Assembly (NCBI GenBank): GCA_002404155.1
Contig: DHJC01000073.1
Coordinates: forward strand, 38,937 to 102,936
Length of the DNA: 64,000 nt
Direction: 5' to 3'
Source of the DNA: Chloroflexi bacterium UBA4730
GTDB taxonomy: Bacteria > Chloroflexota > Limnocylindria > P2-11E
This document shows positions 1-8,550 of the stretch, in pieces. The first letter of the stretch is position 1, and every line of letters starts with the position of its first letter. The position numbers and the translations under genes were made by a program. A model generated the notes under the pieces. It was not told where the DNA came from. It did not search any database and saw nothing but the letters and a program-made list of their open reading frames with translations.

Positions 1-1008
1 GTTCTCGAGCGGCTGACCGAGGGCGCCCTCCGGGTACACCCGGTCGAAGATCTCGCCGATGATGTGGAAGTTCGAGTCGACGAAGCCACCGACGCCGAAG
101 TAGATCCGGACCCTCTCGCCGACCTTCGCCGTGAGCGCGCCCGTGCCGGTCAGTGCACCGACCCGGCCGTTGAACAGAACGTAGTCCGGCGACTCGGCGA
201 GCAGCTTGTCGTTGGACAGGTCGTGGTGGCCCGGGATGCCGAACGCGGTCGTGGTGTAGAGCTCGCTCTGCATCACGTAGTACTCGTGATCGACCTTCGG
301 CAGGCCGCCGACCGGCTCGACCAGGATCATCCCGAACATCCCGTTGATGATGTGCGTCGGGATCGGCGCGGTGGCGCAGTGGTAGACGTAGAGCCCGGGG
401 TTGAGCGCCTTGAACGTGAACTTCGCCTCTTGTCCCGGCGAGACGATCGTGGCCCCCGACCCGCCGCCTGGACCGTTGACCGCGTGCAGGTCGATCGAGT
501 GCTGCATCACGTCGCCCGGCGCGTTCTTCAGGTGGAGCTCGACCGTATCGCCCACCCGCACCCGCAGCATCGGCCCCGGCACCGTGCCGTCGAAGGTCCA
601 GTAGCTGTAGGTCTGGCCCTCGTCGAGCTTCGCGATCAATTCCCTGGTTTCAAGAGTGACCACGACGGTCGTCGGCGTCGTCCGCGTGATCGGCGGTGGA
701 ACATCCGACGCCGCGCGCGAGATCTCATTCACGGTGACGGGCTTGGCACTCGCCGCCGGCGCCGCACCTGCCGCCGGCGTGGTGCTGGTCGATACGGGGT
801 CCATCCCGGGCATGGTGGCCGGCATCGCGGTCGCGACGGGACCCGAGACGGTGGCCGCGACCTTGGGCTGACTCGCGGCCGTCAGCACGAGCACCGTCGA
901 GGTGAAGAGCACAGCGACGGTGATGATCGTCAGGAGCAGATAGCGGTAGCCCTCGCCCATTGGATCGAAGACCGGTCGCGACACAGGCTGCACACGGTGT
1001 CCACTCAT
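1..1008 (-). CDS. nirK: Copper-containing nitrite reductase, N-terminally membrane-anchored; 3' end runs off the left edge
   Basis: Not in the ORF track; translated by hand from ATG at 1008. MSGHRVQ..., TM helix (YLLLTIITVAVLFTSTVLVLTAA), P/A/T linker, then WTFDGTVPGPMLRVRVGD, HSIDLHAV (type 1/type 2 Cu His, catalytic Asp), GLYVYHC, THIINGMFG, SNFHIIGEIFDRVY, which are NirK/AniA signatures. Confidence 0.93.
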   Translation of the reverse strand, partial: MSGHRVQPVSRPVFDPMGEGYRYLLLTIITVAVLFTSTVLVLTAASQPKVAATVSGPVATAMPATMPGMDPVSTSTTPAAGAAPAASAKPVTVNEISRAASDVPPPITRTTPTTVVVTLETRELIAKLDEGQTYSYWTFDGTVPGPMLRVRVGDTVELHLKNAPGDVMQHSIDLHAVNGPGGGSGATIVSPGQEAKFTFKALNPGLYVYHCATAPIPTHIINGMFGMILVEPVGGLPKVDHEYYVMQSELYTTTAFGIPGHHDLSNDKLLAESPDYVLFNGRVGALTGTGALTAKVGERVRIYFGVGGFVDSNFHIIGEIFDRVYPEGALGQPLEN

Positions 1009-1065
1009 GCGCTGACGGTATCGGTCATCAGCTAGGCAAGCGCCTGCCGAGGGTCATCGTCTGGC

Positions 1066-1081
1066 AGGGCCGGAGGTCCCG
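1066..1081. promoter_or_regulatory. DosR/OsdR-like operator box (AGGGCCGGAGGTCCCG) upstream of nirK
   Basis: Quasi-palindrome in the short intergenic gap, ~60 nt before the nirK start; same motif recurs at least 15 times in intergenic DNA. Confidence 0.65.
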
Positions 1082-1090
1082 ACCGCGGGG

Positions 1091-2392
1091 CTAGCGGCGG
1101 CGGCCGAAGCGGATCTCGAGCGGCACCGGCGCGCCCGCCGCGACCACCTCGGCGCTCGGACCCCGCAGCGTGCGGACCACGTTCAACGCGAAGAGCACGA
1201 GCGCACCGTAGGCGAGGAGCCCGGAGATGCCGACGATCGCGTCGCTCGGCGCACCCGTGGCTTGAACCAGCTGCGGCCCGACGCGCAGCGCGATCGCCAG
1301 ATTCGCGACCGCGAGCGTCGCCGCTTGCACTCGAAGGCTCCAAAGGCGGCGGCCGAGGAAGGCAGGCAGCGCACGCGACGCCACCGAGTAGATCATCAGC
1401 GTGACGAACCCAAGCGCCAGCGCGTGCCGGGCCGCCGAGACCTGGAGGTACGAGCCCGCGAGTCCCACCGTGCCCGCCGCGATGATCGCGAGTCCGATGA
1501 ACGCCCACAGGAACGCGGAACGCACGCCGATGCGGGTCAGGCGGGCGTGATCATGCAAGGGCTGACGGGCGATGCCCGATCCAAATACGCCCATCGCGCG
1601 GGTCAGCGCCGCAAGACCGACCAGCAGCAGCCATGGCCCCGGGGCCACGCCGAGCGAGAGAGTGAGGACACCCGCGAGCCAAAACGACGCGCCGGTGATG
1701 AGCAGCGGAGGCTTCGCTGGCACAGCGGCCACAAAGCCGGGGGCGAGGCGAGTCCACACGCCGAAGATGAGCGTGCTGAGGCTCCCGAGCAGCATCACCC
1801 ACACCGCCCGGTCATCGATGCCCTGGTCGACGAGCACGGGTGCAGATCCCGCCATCTCGAGGGCGACGAGCAGCGCGGCGATGGGCAGCACGCAGATCCC
1901 CGCGCCGATGAGAAGCTCGTCGGGCCGGTGGGGATTGCGGCCGGTCGCGAGCGATCGGAGTGCCGCGTAGCTGAAGGCGAGCGTTCCCACGCACAACAAC
2001 GCGCCGCTCAGAACAAGCAGCGAACCACGCGCGGGGAGGTCGGGCATCGGTTGGGCGATGGAGCGCAGGGCGAGGCCGCCCAGGGTCCCGAGGTACGTGA
2101 TCCACACGAGCGCCATCCGCGGAGGCGCCGCACCGCGGAATCGTGGCAGCGCGTTCAGCGCGACGCCCATCGCGAAGAGGCCGGCGAAGCCGAACAGCTG
2201 CAGCAGCCCATGGACCTGAACGAGTACGAGCCAGTTCGCGCCGAACATGCTGACGCCCCACACGCGGGCCAACAGCAACCAGAGACCGAGGCCGAAGCCC
2301 GCGCTCAGGCCGATCGCCAGCGAGGTCGCCGCGAAGAGGGCGACCGGCGGCGGACGAGTACTAGTCGACGTGTCGGTCGGCCAGGCCCGCAT
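1091..2392 (-). CDS. nnrS: NnrS-family multi-pass membrane protein (NO-stress associated)
   Basis: 433 aa, ~12 hydrophobic helices, HGLLQLFGFAGLFAMGVA...LPRF and RHALALGFVTLMIYSVASRALPAF repeats typical of NnrS; adjacent to nirK. Confidence 0.72.
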   Translation of the reverse strand: MRAWPTDTSTSTRPPPVALFAATSLAIGLSAGFGLGLWLLLARVWGVSMFGANWLVLVQVHGLLQLFGFAGLFAMGVALNALPRFRGAAPPRMALVWITYLGTLGGLALRSIAQPMPDLPARGSLLVLSGALLCVGTLAFSYAALRSLATGRNPHRPDELLIGAGICVLPIAALLVALEMAGSAPVLVDQGIDDRAVWVMLLGSLSTLIFGVWTRLAPGFVAAVPAKPPLLITGASFWLAGVLTLSLGVAPGPWLLLVGLAALTRAMGVFGSGIARQPLHDHARLTRIGVRSAFLWAFIGLAIIAAGTVGLAGSYLQVSAARHALALGFVTLMIYSVASRALPAFLGRRLWSLRVQAATLAVANLAIALRVGPQLVQATGAPSDAIVGISGLLAYGALVLFALNVVRTLRGPSAEVVAAGAPVPLEIRFGRRR

Positions 2393-2573
2393 CCTGACCG
2401 ACGGGGACCGGACTTACGGCAGCGCAGCGCAGCGCCGGCGTGCCGGCGGAGCGATCCAGATCGAGCAACCAGTTGCATTCTAGGCAGCGCGCGAGATCGA
2501 CCTCCTCGCCCCGCCGAGCGCAGTGCACCCGCCCGCTGGCAAGGACGGGACGCCAGCCACGCTCGCTATTCAT
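2361..2573 (-). CDS. Small Cys-rich hypothetical protein (70 aa), putative metal-binding
   Basis: MNSERGWRPVLASGRVHCARRGEEVDLARCLECNWLLDLDRSAGTPALRC...; ATG overlaps the end of the upstream PCYCGC gene (ATGAATAG), and the ORF overlaps the NnrS start. Confidence 0.55.
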   Translation of the reverse strand: MNSERGWRPVLASGRVHCARRGEEVDLARCLECNWLLDLDRSAGTPALRCAAVSPVPVGQDAGLADRHVD

Positions 2574-3024
2574 CGGGGTATGGGGTCGACGCGGACGGTC
2601 CCATCTCCATCCACTTCGCATCGATCGCGGCCCGAATTTCCTTCAGGCTCATGCCGCTCGCGAGCATGGCCTTCGTGTCGAGCGCGACACCCACGCAGGT
2701 GCCGCAGGCGAAGCCGTGCGGATCGAGGATGAACGTGTCTGGCGCCGTCTCTTCTTTCACGAAGCAGTCCCAGTTGTCACGATGCCCGGGGCCGCAGCCG
2801 CAGAAGCACGGGATGTGGCGCAGCTGCGCCTTGTGATCGACCGCGAACGCGTAGGCCTCGCGGACCGCTTGCGGCGCCTGCGCATAGCGACCGGGCCACA
2901 TGCCGTGCAGCGGCATCGCCAGCAGTGCGTTCGCGGTCGGTGCCGGTGCTGTTGCGACGGCGGGGGCCGCGCACGCGGCGAGCGCGGCACCGGCGAGCGC
3001 GACGAGGAACTCCCGGCGACGCAC
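2566..3024 (-). CDS. PCYCGC-motif lipoprotein
   Basis: GTG start at 3024; RRREFLVALAGAALAAC signal/lipobox; AYAFA, HIPCFCGCG..H..NWDC and HGFACGTC motifs characteristic of the family. Confidence 0.85.
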   Translation of the reverse strand: MRRREFLVALAGAALAACAAPAVATAPAPTANALLAMPLHGMWPGRYAQAPQAVREAYAFAVDHKAQLRHIPCFCGCGPGHRDNWDCFVKEETAPDTFILDPHGFACGTCVGVALDTKAMLASGMSLKEIRAAIDAKWMEMGPSASTPYPDE

Positions 3025-3025
3025 G

Positions 3026-3372
3026 TCAGGCCGACACGGCGGTGTACGGAGCGGTCGCCGGGAAGCCCTTCCCGTTGATCGTGAACCCACCGAGGGCGTC
3101 GCTGAGGATGAACAGCTCGTCCGTGTCGTCGGACGGGTCCACATTCCTCTCTCTTGGTACGACGATCAGCGGTCCAAGCATTCCCAGGCCGACCTGCTCC
3201 GTCGCGTTGTGGTGTGCGTCGTACTGCCGAACGGGCCGGCCGTGAACTCGTACGCGTACGTCAAGCCCGGCTTGATCGGCGGTTGGGTGATAGACGGGAC
3301 GCCGTCCATCGAGTTCGGGACCCGCTGGCCGTGCCGGTGGAACGCGGTGCTCTCAGACGGCGTGTAAGTCAC
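3026..3372 (-). pseudogene. Truncated, frameshifted multicopper-oxidase (cupredoxin domain) relic
   Basis: TAFHRHGQRVPNSMDGVPSITQPPIKPG..YEFTAGPFGS, then a frameshift near 3222 to YDAHHNATEQVGLGMLGPLIV...FTINGKGFPATAPYTAVSA*. HWH has become HRH; no signal peptide; C-terminal Cu-binding part absent. Confidence 0.8.
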
Positions 3373-3417
3373 CTGCCGTCCATGGGCCCAAGCTACGGGC
3401 GGAGTGCGGCCCCACCT

Positions 3418-3456
3418 ACGGCCGCAGGTCCCGACTCGCGTAGGCCGAACGGCCCG
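3418..3456. promoter_or_regulatory. Two DosR/OsdR-like boxes (3418-3433 ACGGCCGCAGGTCCCG; 3441-3456 TAGGCCGAACGGCCCG)
   Basis: Match to the recurrent intergenic motif, upstream of the multicopper-oxidase relic/PCYCGC/NnrS genes. Confidence 0.5.
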
Positions 3457-3468
3457 ACCCCCGCGTTC

Positions 3469-4965
3469 CTACTGCACCAGGAACGCGAAGCGGAAGATCG
3501 GCAGCCGATTTCCCGGATGGTCGTCGAGGGCCGTCAGCTGCGGCATCTTGTAGTTCGCGGGCCGCGTCTCACTTCCCTGGTAGATGCCGGGGTACATGTC
3601 GATGAAGTGCCAACCCGGCTCGCCGGCGACGGTGAGCAGGATCTCGATGTCGCCGGCGCTCTGGAACGCGCAGGAGTAGCCGGCGAAGGCGTTGTCGTAC
3701 ACGAGGTGGTAGATCTGCTCGGTCTCGGTCCACCCGACGCCCTTGAGGTGCACCGACACCTTCGTCCCCGCGGGACCGCGGTCGACCGAGAGCGGGAACG
3801 CGTTCGCGAGGATGTAGAGGTTCGTCTTGGCGACGACGGTGTCGCCGATCTTCGCGGAGAGCACGTGGTCGCCGCCGAGGTCGTCGGGGACCTTGAACGC
3901 CCAGGTGAATGCGCCGTTGCCGTCGGTGCGCGTCGTGCCGAGCGCCTTGGTGCGCTCCTCGAAGCCGGTGACGGACCGGTTGCCGACCATTGTGGTCCAC
4001 CCGATCTCGATGTCGCTGTTCGCGGGGAGGGCCTTCGCGTTCAGCGTCGCGGGCGTGCCGACGATGGCGCCGCCTGGCGAGGTCCAGATGCCCTTGTCGA
4101 CCGGCTTCGCGCCGATGATCGCGAAGCCCTGCTGCTCGACGGGCTCGGGGAGGACGGCCGGGCCGTCGGTGATGGTGAACGGCAGGTGCGGGAACGGCCG
4201 CGATGCGACGACGGGCTGCTGCTGCGGGTTGAGGTACGGAGCGCCGAACTCGCTGTGCCCGAGGGTGATGTAGTGCGCGCCGGGCCTGCCGGTCGCCGGG
4301 ATGACGAACTTCGCGTAGCCGTCGGTCGTGATCGAGGAGACCCAACCGGTGTAGGCGTTGTCCCAGGAGAGCTGAAAGCTGTTCTGGTACGACTGCCAGC
4401 CGATGCCCTTCACCTCGACGGTGATCGGCGTGCCGAGCGGGCCGCTCGTCGGGCTGATGGTGGTGACCATGTCGACGTCGAAGAGGCTCTTGTTCCTGAT
4501 GATGCTCTGCGCGTCGACGACCATGACGTCGTGCGCGTAGCCGAAGCCGCGCGGCACGCTGAACGTCGCCTGGAAGCCGCCGTTCGCGTCGGTGGTCGGG
4601 CTCTGCAGCACGTTCTGGATGAGCGACGCACTGCGGCCCAGAAACTTGCTGCGATCGTCCGAAAGCTTCCATTGGACCTTGCCAGTGGTCCAGACGAGGT
4701 CGTACTTCGTCGACGGCTTCATGCCGGTCACCGTCGCCGTGACCTTCGTGTCCCACGGACCGCGTGCTGGTTCGAGGGCGAACTTGCCGACGACCTCCAT
4801 CGGCTGGACCGATGCGGTCGGGGCGGTGGATGCGACGGCCGCCGCCGCGCTCGCGGCGGGCTTGGCCGTCGCAGCACTCTCCAGACTCCGCGTGGGCGGA
4901 GCCTGGGTCGTGCTGCAGGCCGCGAGGAAGAGCGCCGCCGCGATCGCGACGGCGACACGCCTCAT
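3469..4965 (-). CDS. Lipoprotein of unknown function with repeated Ig/IPT-like beta-sandwich modules (498 aa)
   Basis: Lipobox LFLAAC; repeated module starts EPARGPWDTKVTATVTG / SPTSGPLGTPITVEVKGIGW / SVDRGPAGTKVSVHLKGVGW; repeated YDN(A)Y/F.G and TTDANGGF/TRTDGNGAF. Confidence 0.8.
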   Translation of the reverse strand: MRRVAVAIAAALFLAACSTTQAPPTRSLESAATAKPAASAAAAVASTAPTASVQPMEVVGKFALEPARGPWDTKVTATVTGMKPSTKYDLVWTTGKVQWKLSDDRSKFLGRSASLIQNVLQSPTTDANGGFQATFSVPRGFGYAHDVMVVDAQSIIRNKSLFDVDMVTTISPTSGPLGTPITVEVKGIGWQSYQNSFQLSWDNAYTGWVSSITTDGYAKFVIPATGRPGAHYITLGHSEFGAPYLNPQQQPVVASRPFPHLPFTITDGPAVLPEPVEQQGFAIIGAKPVDKGIWTSPGGAIVGTPATLNAKALPANSDIEIGWTTMVGNRSVTGFEERTKALGTTRTDGNGAFTWAFKVPDDLGGDHVLSAKIGDTVVAKTNLYILANAFPLSVDRGPAGTKVSVHLKGVGWTETEQIYHLVYDNAFAGYSCAFQSAGDIEILLTVAGEPGWHFIDMYPGIYQGSETRPANYKMPQLTALDDHPGNRLPIFRFAFLVQ

Positions 4966-4970
4966 GTCAT

Positions 4971-5525
4971 TTACCTCTTTCCGAGCGGCACGACGGTGAG
5001 AAGGGCCGCGGCGACCTTGAACTGATCCCAGGTGCCAACGGCACCATCGAGCGTCGTTACCTTGATCTGGTAGGTGAATGCGCCCGTTGGGTAGTCCTTT
5101 GGCAGGCTGAAGCCAGAGGTCCAGAAGAAGTCCGTGGGCACTGCGTTCGCACCGCCCGGGTGACCGCCGTACTTGAAGGCCTGGGTCTTTCCGTCCGGGA
5201 GCGTCAGGTCAAACGACTTGATGGCCTTGTCGTCCAGGGCCTTGCCCGAGAGCGGATCGAGCGCCTTGAAGCGCCACACGATGCGCGAGCCCTGCGGGAA
5301 CCGGCTCTGCTGGACGCAGGAGAGGAACGTCTTCTCCTCGTCGGTGAGCGCTTCGGGACTGCGGACCGTGTCGCCCTGCAGGATGAGGAACGATGCGACC
5401 TGCGGCTTCGCCGTGGTGGCCGCGGTCGCGGCGGTCGATTCGCCGGTGCCGCCTCCACACGAGGCAAGCGTGCCGACGACGAACGCGAAGGACGCGGTGG
5501 TCGCGAGGATGCGGCGCAAGATCAT
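4971..5525 (-). CDS. Lipoprotein of unknown function (184 aa)
   Basis: Signal peptide with lipobox LASC, A/T linker, beta-rich domain (SCVQQSRF...VWRFKALDP...YGGHP...FWT...DYPTG); start overlaps the upstream stop. Confidence 0.75.
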   Translation of the reverse strand: MILRRILATTASFAFVVGTLASCGGGTGESTAATAATTAKPQVASFLILQGDTVRSPEALTDEEKTFLSCVQQSRFPQGSRIVWRFKALDPLSGKALDDKAIKSFDLTLPDGKTQAFKYGGHPGGANAVPTDFFWTSGFSLPKDYPTGAFTYQIKVTTLDGAVGTWDQFKVAAALLTVVPLGKR

Positions 5526-6181
5526 GCGGTGTCTCCCTTTCGGCGTGATTCATTCGCGCGGGCGACCACGCCACGCGCGGTACCGAACAACGAAAGCGCG
5601 ATGAGGCCCCAGACCGCGAGCACCACGACCCCGGCCGCGTACGGGACGTACGCACTGAAGGTCGCGAGCGCGGGCCGGTCGACGGTGTACGCGGGCGCGG
5701 CGACGGTGGCCTCGAGCGTCGTGACGCCGAGTGACGGTGTGAGCGTGCCCTGTCCCGCGAAGCGCGCGACGATCTGGTGCGCGCCCGTCATGGCGGGGAG
5801 GTACGAGATCGCGGTGAGACCCTGTCCGTCGGTCACCGCGCTGCCGATGAGCTCCTCCCGCTGGCCGAACAGGTCGACGATGTCGTAGAAGCGGATCGTC
5901 GCGTCGTTCACCGGCATTCCGGCGGGGCTGATGACCGTCACGCTCAGCGTGTATCCGAGCTCCAGCTTCGCGGCGGGCGCCGTCGAGAGTGTCACCCGCG
6001 ATCCGTCGGCCGGCGGGACGATCGGCTGTGGGGCGGCGACCGTCGGCGCGCCGCTGTGCGCATGCGCGTCGTCGCTCGCCGCCGGAGCGCCCGCCACGAG
6101 CGGGAGCCGACCGCTGGCGAAGGCGATCACCGCGAGCGTCGCGACGAGGGCCGAGCCCAATAGCAGAGCTTTCCTGATCAC
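5522..6181 (-). CDS. Membrane-anchored Ig-like domain protein (signal/TM + Ig-like + C-terminal TM); homologous to the C-terminal fusion domain of the NrfD at 61740-63707
   Basis: GTG at 6181 overlaps the NrfD stop (GTGA); G.PV.DATIRF...IGSAVTDGQG.......TGAHQIVARFAG, then TM GVVVLAVWGLIALSLFG. Confidence 0.75.
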   Translation of the reverse strand: MIRKALLLGSALVATLAVIAFASGRLPLVAGAPAASDDAHAHSGAPTVAAPQPIVPPADGSRVTLSTAPAAKLELGYTLSVTVISPAGMPVNDATIRFYDIVDLFGQREELIGSAVTDGQGLTAISYLPAMTGAHQIVARFAGQGTLTPSLGVTTLEATVAAPAYTVDRPALATFSAYVPYAAGVVVLAVWGLIALSLFGTARGVVARANESRRKGDTA

Positions 6182-7512
6182 TTCCCACCGCCCTCGGCGA
6201 ACGTCGGCACGAGCACGATGGCGCGCGGCTCGGGCGTGCCTTCCACCTCTTCCATCTCGTGGACCGACATCACCGGGAAGAAGCGGAAGAAGATGATGAG
6301 GATGAGCGGGATCGCGGCGGCGGAGCCGATCGTGATCGTGACCTCGACCCACGTGGGCGAGTACCGGCCCCAGTCCCACGGCATGATCGGCTCGGCCATG
6401 CCGGGCACCACGATGAGGAACCGCTTCAGCCACATCCCGGCGATGACGAGCGTCGAGGCGCCGACCGCGCGCGCGATCGTGAACCGACCGGGAAACGCGG
6501 CGAGTGCGAGCGGGACGATGAGGCCGAGGATGGTGAAGGACCAGAAGGCCGGCGCGTAGCTGCCGACGAAGATCGCCTCGAGTACCGGCGTGACGCTCTC
6601 CTCGGCGAGGTATCCCTCCGTGAGGTACTCGCTGACCATGAAGTACAGGTAGCCGACGCCCAGGGCGATCATCAGATAGGAGAGGTACCGAAAGTGCCTC
6701 GCGGTGATGAACTCCTGGAGGCCGTAGACCTTGCGGAACGCGGCCACGACGAGGATGACCGCCGCGACGCCCGAGAGCATCGCGGCCAGGACGAACAGCG
6801 GAGCGAAGATCGTGCTGTGCCACCCGCCGCGCGCCGTCACCGCGAAGAGCCACGCGAGGACCGAGTGGACCGAGACCGCGAGCGGGATGATCAGCACGGC
6901 CATGATCCCGATGCCCCGGTGGAGCGAGGCCCGTTGGCCCGGCGTGCCCTTCCACCCGAGCGCGAGGACGCCGTAGATGCGCTGCAGCCTGCTCATGCGG
7001 AGCGAGTCGCGCGTGGTCGCGAGATCCGGGATGAGCGGCAGGTAGAGGAAGACGAGGCTCGCGATCATGTACGTGCTGATCGCGACGACGTCCCACACGA
7101 CCGGTGATCCGACCTGGCCGTACCGGAGGATGTACAGGAAGCGGTCCGGACGGCCCATGTCGATGATCGGGTACACCGCGCCGACGAGGAGCGCCGCGAC
7201 CGCCGTCGTTTCCGCCAGTCGCGTGAGCGGTGCGCGCCACTTCGCGTTCGTGAGACGGAGGATCGCGCTCGTCATCGCGCCGCCGTAGCTCATGCCGATG
7301 AAGAAGACGCAGTTGATGATGTAAAAGCCCCAGGAGACCTGCTGGTTAAGGCCGGTGACCCAGAGGCCGCGCTGGATCTGGTAGATCCAGGCGTAGATGC
7401 CGGCTGCGACGAGCGCGGACAGGACGGAGACCGCGATCCAGAAGTTGCGATCGCCGCGGCCGATGGGCCACGTCGCGCGCTCGATGTAACGGTCGTGCGT
7501 CCGGCGGTCCAT
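6178..7512 (-). CDS. NrfD/PsrC/DsrP-family quinone-interacting membrane subunit
   Basis: 444 aa, ~10 TM; GLWVTGLNQQVSWGFYI, DMGRPDRF, SPVVWD, SVHSVLAWLF, GWHSTIFAPLFV, MWLKRFLIVVPG, YSPTWVE. Confidence 0.9.
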   Translation of the reverse strand: MDRRTHDRYIERATWPIGRGDRNFWIAVSVLSALVAAGIYAWIYQIQRGLWVTGLNQQVSWGFYIINCVFFIGMSYGGAMTSAILRLTNAKWRAPLTRLAETTAVAALLVGAVYPIIDMGRPDRFLYILRYGQVGSPVVWDVVAISTYMIASLVFLYLPLIPDLATTRDSLRMSRLQRIYGVLALGWKGTPGQRASLHRGIGIMAVLIIPLAVSVHSVLAWLFAVTARGGWHSTIFAPLFVLAAMLSGVAAVILVVAAFRKVYGLQEFITARHFRYLSYLMIALGVGYLYFMVSEYLTEGYLAEESVTPVLEAIFVGSYAPAFWSFTILGLIVPLALAAFPGRFTIARAVGASTLVIAGMWLKRFLIVVPGMAEPIMPWDWGRYSPTWVEVTITIGSAAAIPLILIIFFRFFPVMSVHEMEEVEGTPEPRAIVLVPTFAEGGGK

Positions 7513-8292
7513 CTAGAAGTCCAAGAGCTGACCGTGGCCGGCGATGTAGTAGACGCGCGGGCCGGTGCCGAGCTCTTCCTTGTAGCGGAACGCGTCATTC
7601 TCCTTAAGGAACGTCGAGAGGCGTACGGTCCGGTCACCGTTCGTGGCGACGTCCTCGACGAGGTCGCCGATGTAGATCGCCTTCATGGGGCAGCCCTCAA
7701 CGCACGCGGGGAGCTGCCCCTCCGCGGTGCGGTGGACGCAGAACATGCATTTGCCGACGGTGCCCTTCTGCTGCGGCACCGGGAACTCCGGGGTCGCGTG
7801 TCCGAAGGGGTTGTCGTACTTCGGCGGGTCGACGTAGTTGAAGTAGCGGGCGCCGTACGGGCACGCCGCCATGCACATGCGGCAGCCGATGCAGCGGTCC
7901 TGATCGACGAGGACGACGCCGTCGGCTACACGGTAGGTCGCGGCGACCGGGCACACGCGGAGGCACGGGGCGTTCTCGCACTGGAAGCAAGGACGCGGCA
8001 TGAAGTACTCGCCGCCGTGCTTGTCCTTGACCTGGAAGACCTTGATCCACTCGAAGTTCTGCGGGAGGTGGTGCGTCTCCTGGCAGGCCTCCGTGCACTT
8101 CTTGCAGCCGTCGCAATTCCGAAGGTCGATGACCATCGCCCACTGACGCGGCTTGGCGTCGGGTGCGTGTTCCGACTCGGCCGCCGCCTCGAACGTGATC
8201 GGGGACATCCCGGCCGCGACGGCCACAGCGGCGCTGGCGCCCAGACCGCCGAGACCAACCAGGAGCTGCCTGCGGGAGACCGGGCCCGCCAT
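7513..8292 (-). CDS. Tat-exported 4x[4Fe-4S] ferredoxin subunit (NrfC/DsrO/DmsB-like)
   Basis: ATG at 8292 after a GAGGAGAGG RBS; SRRQLL twin-arginine signal; MVIDLRNCDGCKKCTEAC, CFQCENAPCLRVCP, CIGCRMCMAACPY, CMFC...ACVEGCP. Confidence 0.92.
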   Translation of the reverse strand: MAGPVSRRQLLVGLGGLGASAAVAVAAGMSPITFEAAAESEHAPDAKPRQWAMVIDLRNCDGCKKCTEACQETHHLPQNFEWIKVFQVKDKHGGEYFMPRPCFQCENAPCLRVCPVAATYRVADGVVLVDQDRCIGCRMCMAACPYGARYFNYVDPPKYDNPFGHATPEFPVPQQKGTVGKCMFCVHRTAEGQLPACVEGCPMKAIYIGDLVEDVATNGDRTVRLSTFLKENDAFRYKEELGTGPRVYYIAGHGQLLDF

Positions 8293-8368
8293 TTGTCCTC
8301 TCCTCATGCCGCGGTCTGACCAGTCAGCCGGGTTGGCTCCAAGATGGCGGGGGCGCCGGGCGCGAATA

Positions 8369-8384
8369 AGGGCCGTTCGGCCCA
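8369..8384. promoter_or_regulatory. DosR/OsdR-like box (AGGGCCGTTCGGCCCA) upstream of the NrfC/NrfD-nirK operon
   Basis: Near-perfect palindrome; 14/16 identical to the OsdR consensus AGGGCCGATCGGCCCT as I recall it; a degenerate copy sits at 8476-8491. Confidence 0.75.
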
Positions 8385-8550
8385 TACGACCGGGTCTAGG
8401 GGGCCCCTTTTCCCGGGCCCAAGCTCGGCCACGAAAAACGCGGCTCCGGGGTTGCGATCGATGCCGCGCCAGGCATGGGCCGGATGACCTCGCAAGACCG
8501 GTCCGATGGCCCTTGTCATCTCGATCGCACGCCAACAACATCGCGACCGC

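Noticed and set aside
64-1035. 323-aa plus-strand ORF
   Set aside because: Antisense shadow of nirK, which is missing from the track only because its stop lies outside the window.
5522-7240. 572-aa ORF
   Set aside because: The first ~350 codons are an off-frame overlap with NrfD; the real gene starts at GTG 6181.
6178-8292. Calling the NrfC/NrfD pairs nrf, psr, dsr or act genes
   Set aside because: Family membership is clear, but none of the defining partner subunits (NrfA, PsrA, DsrMKJ, ActA/E) is present in the window.
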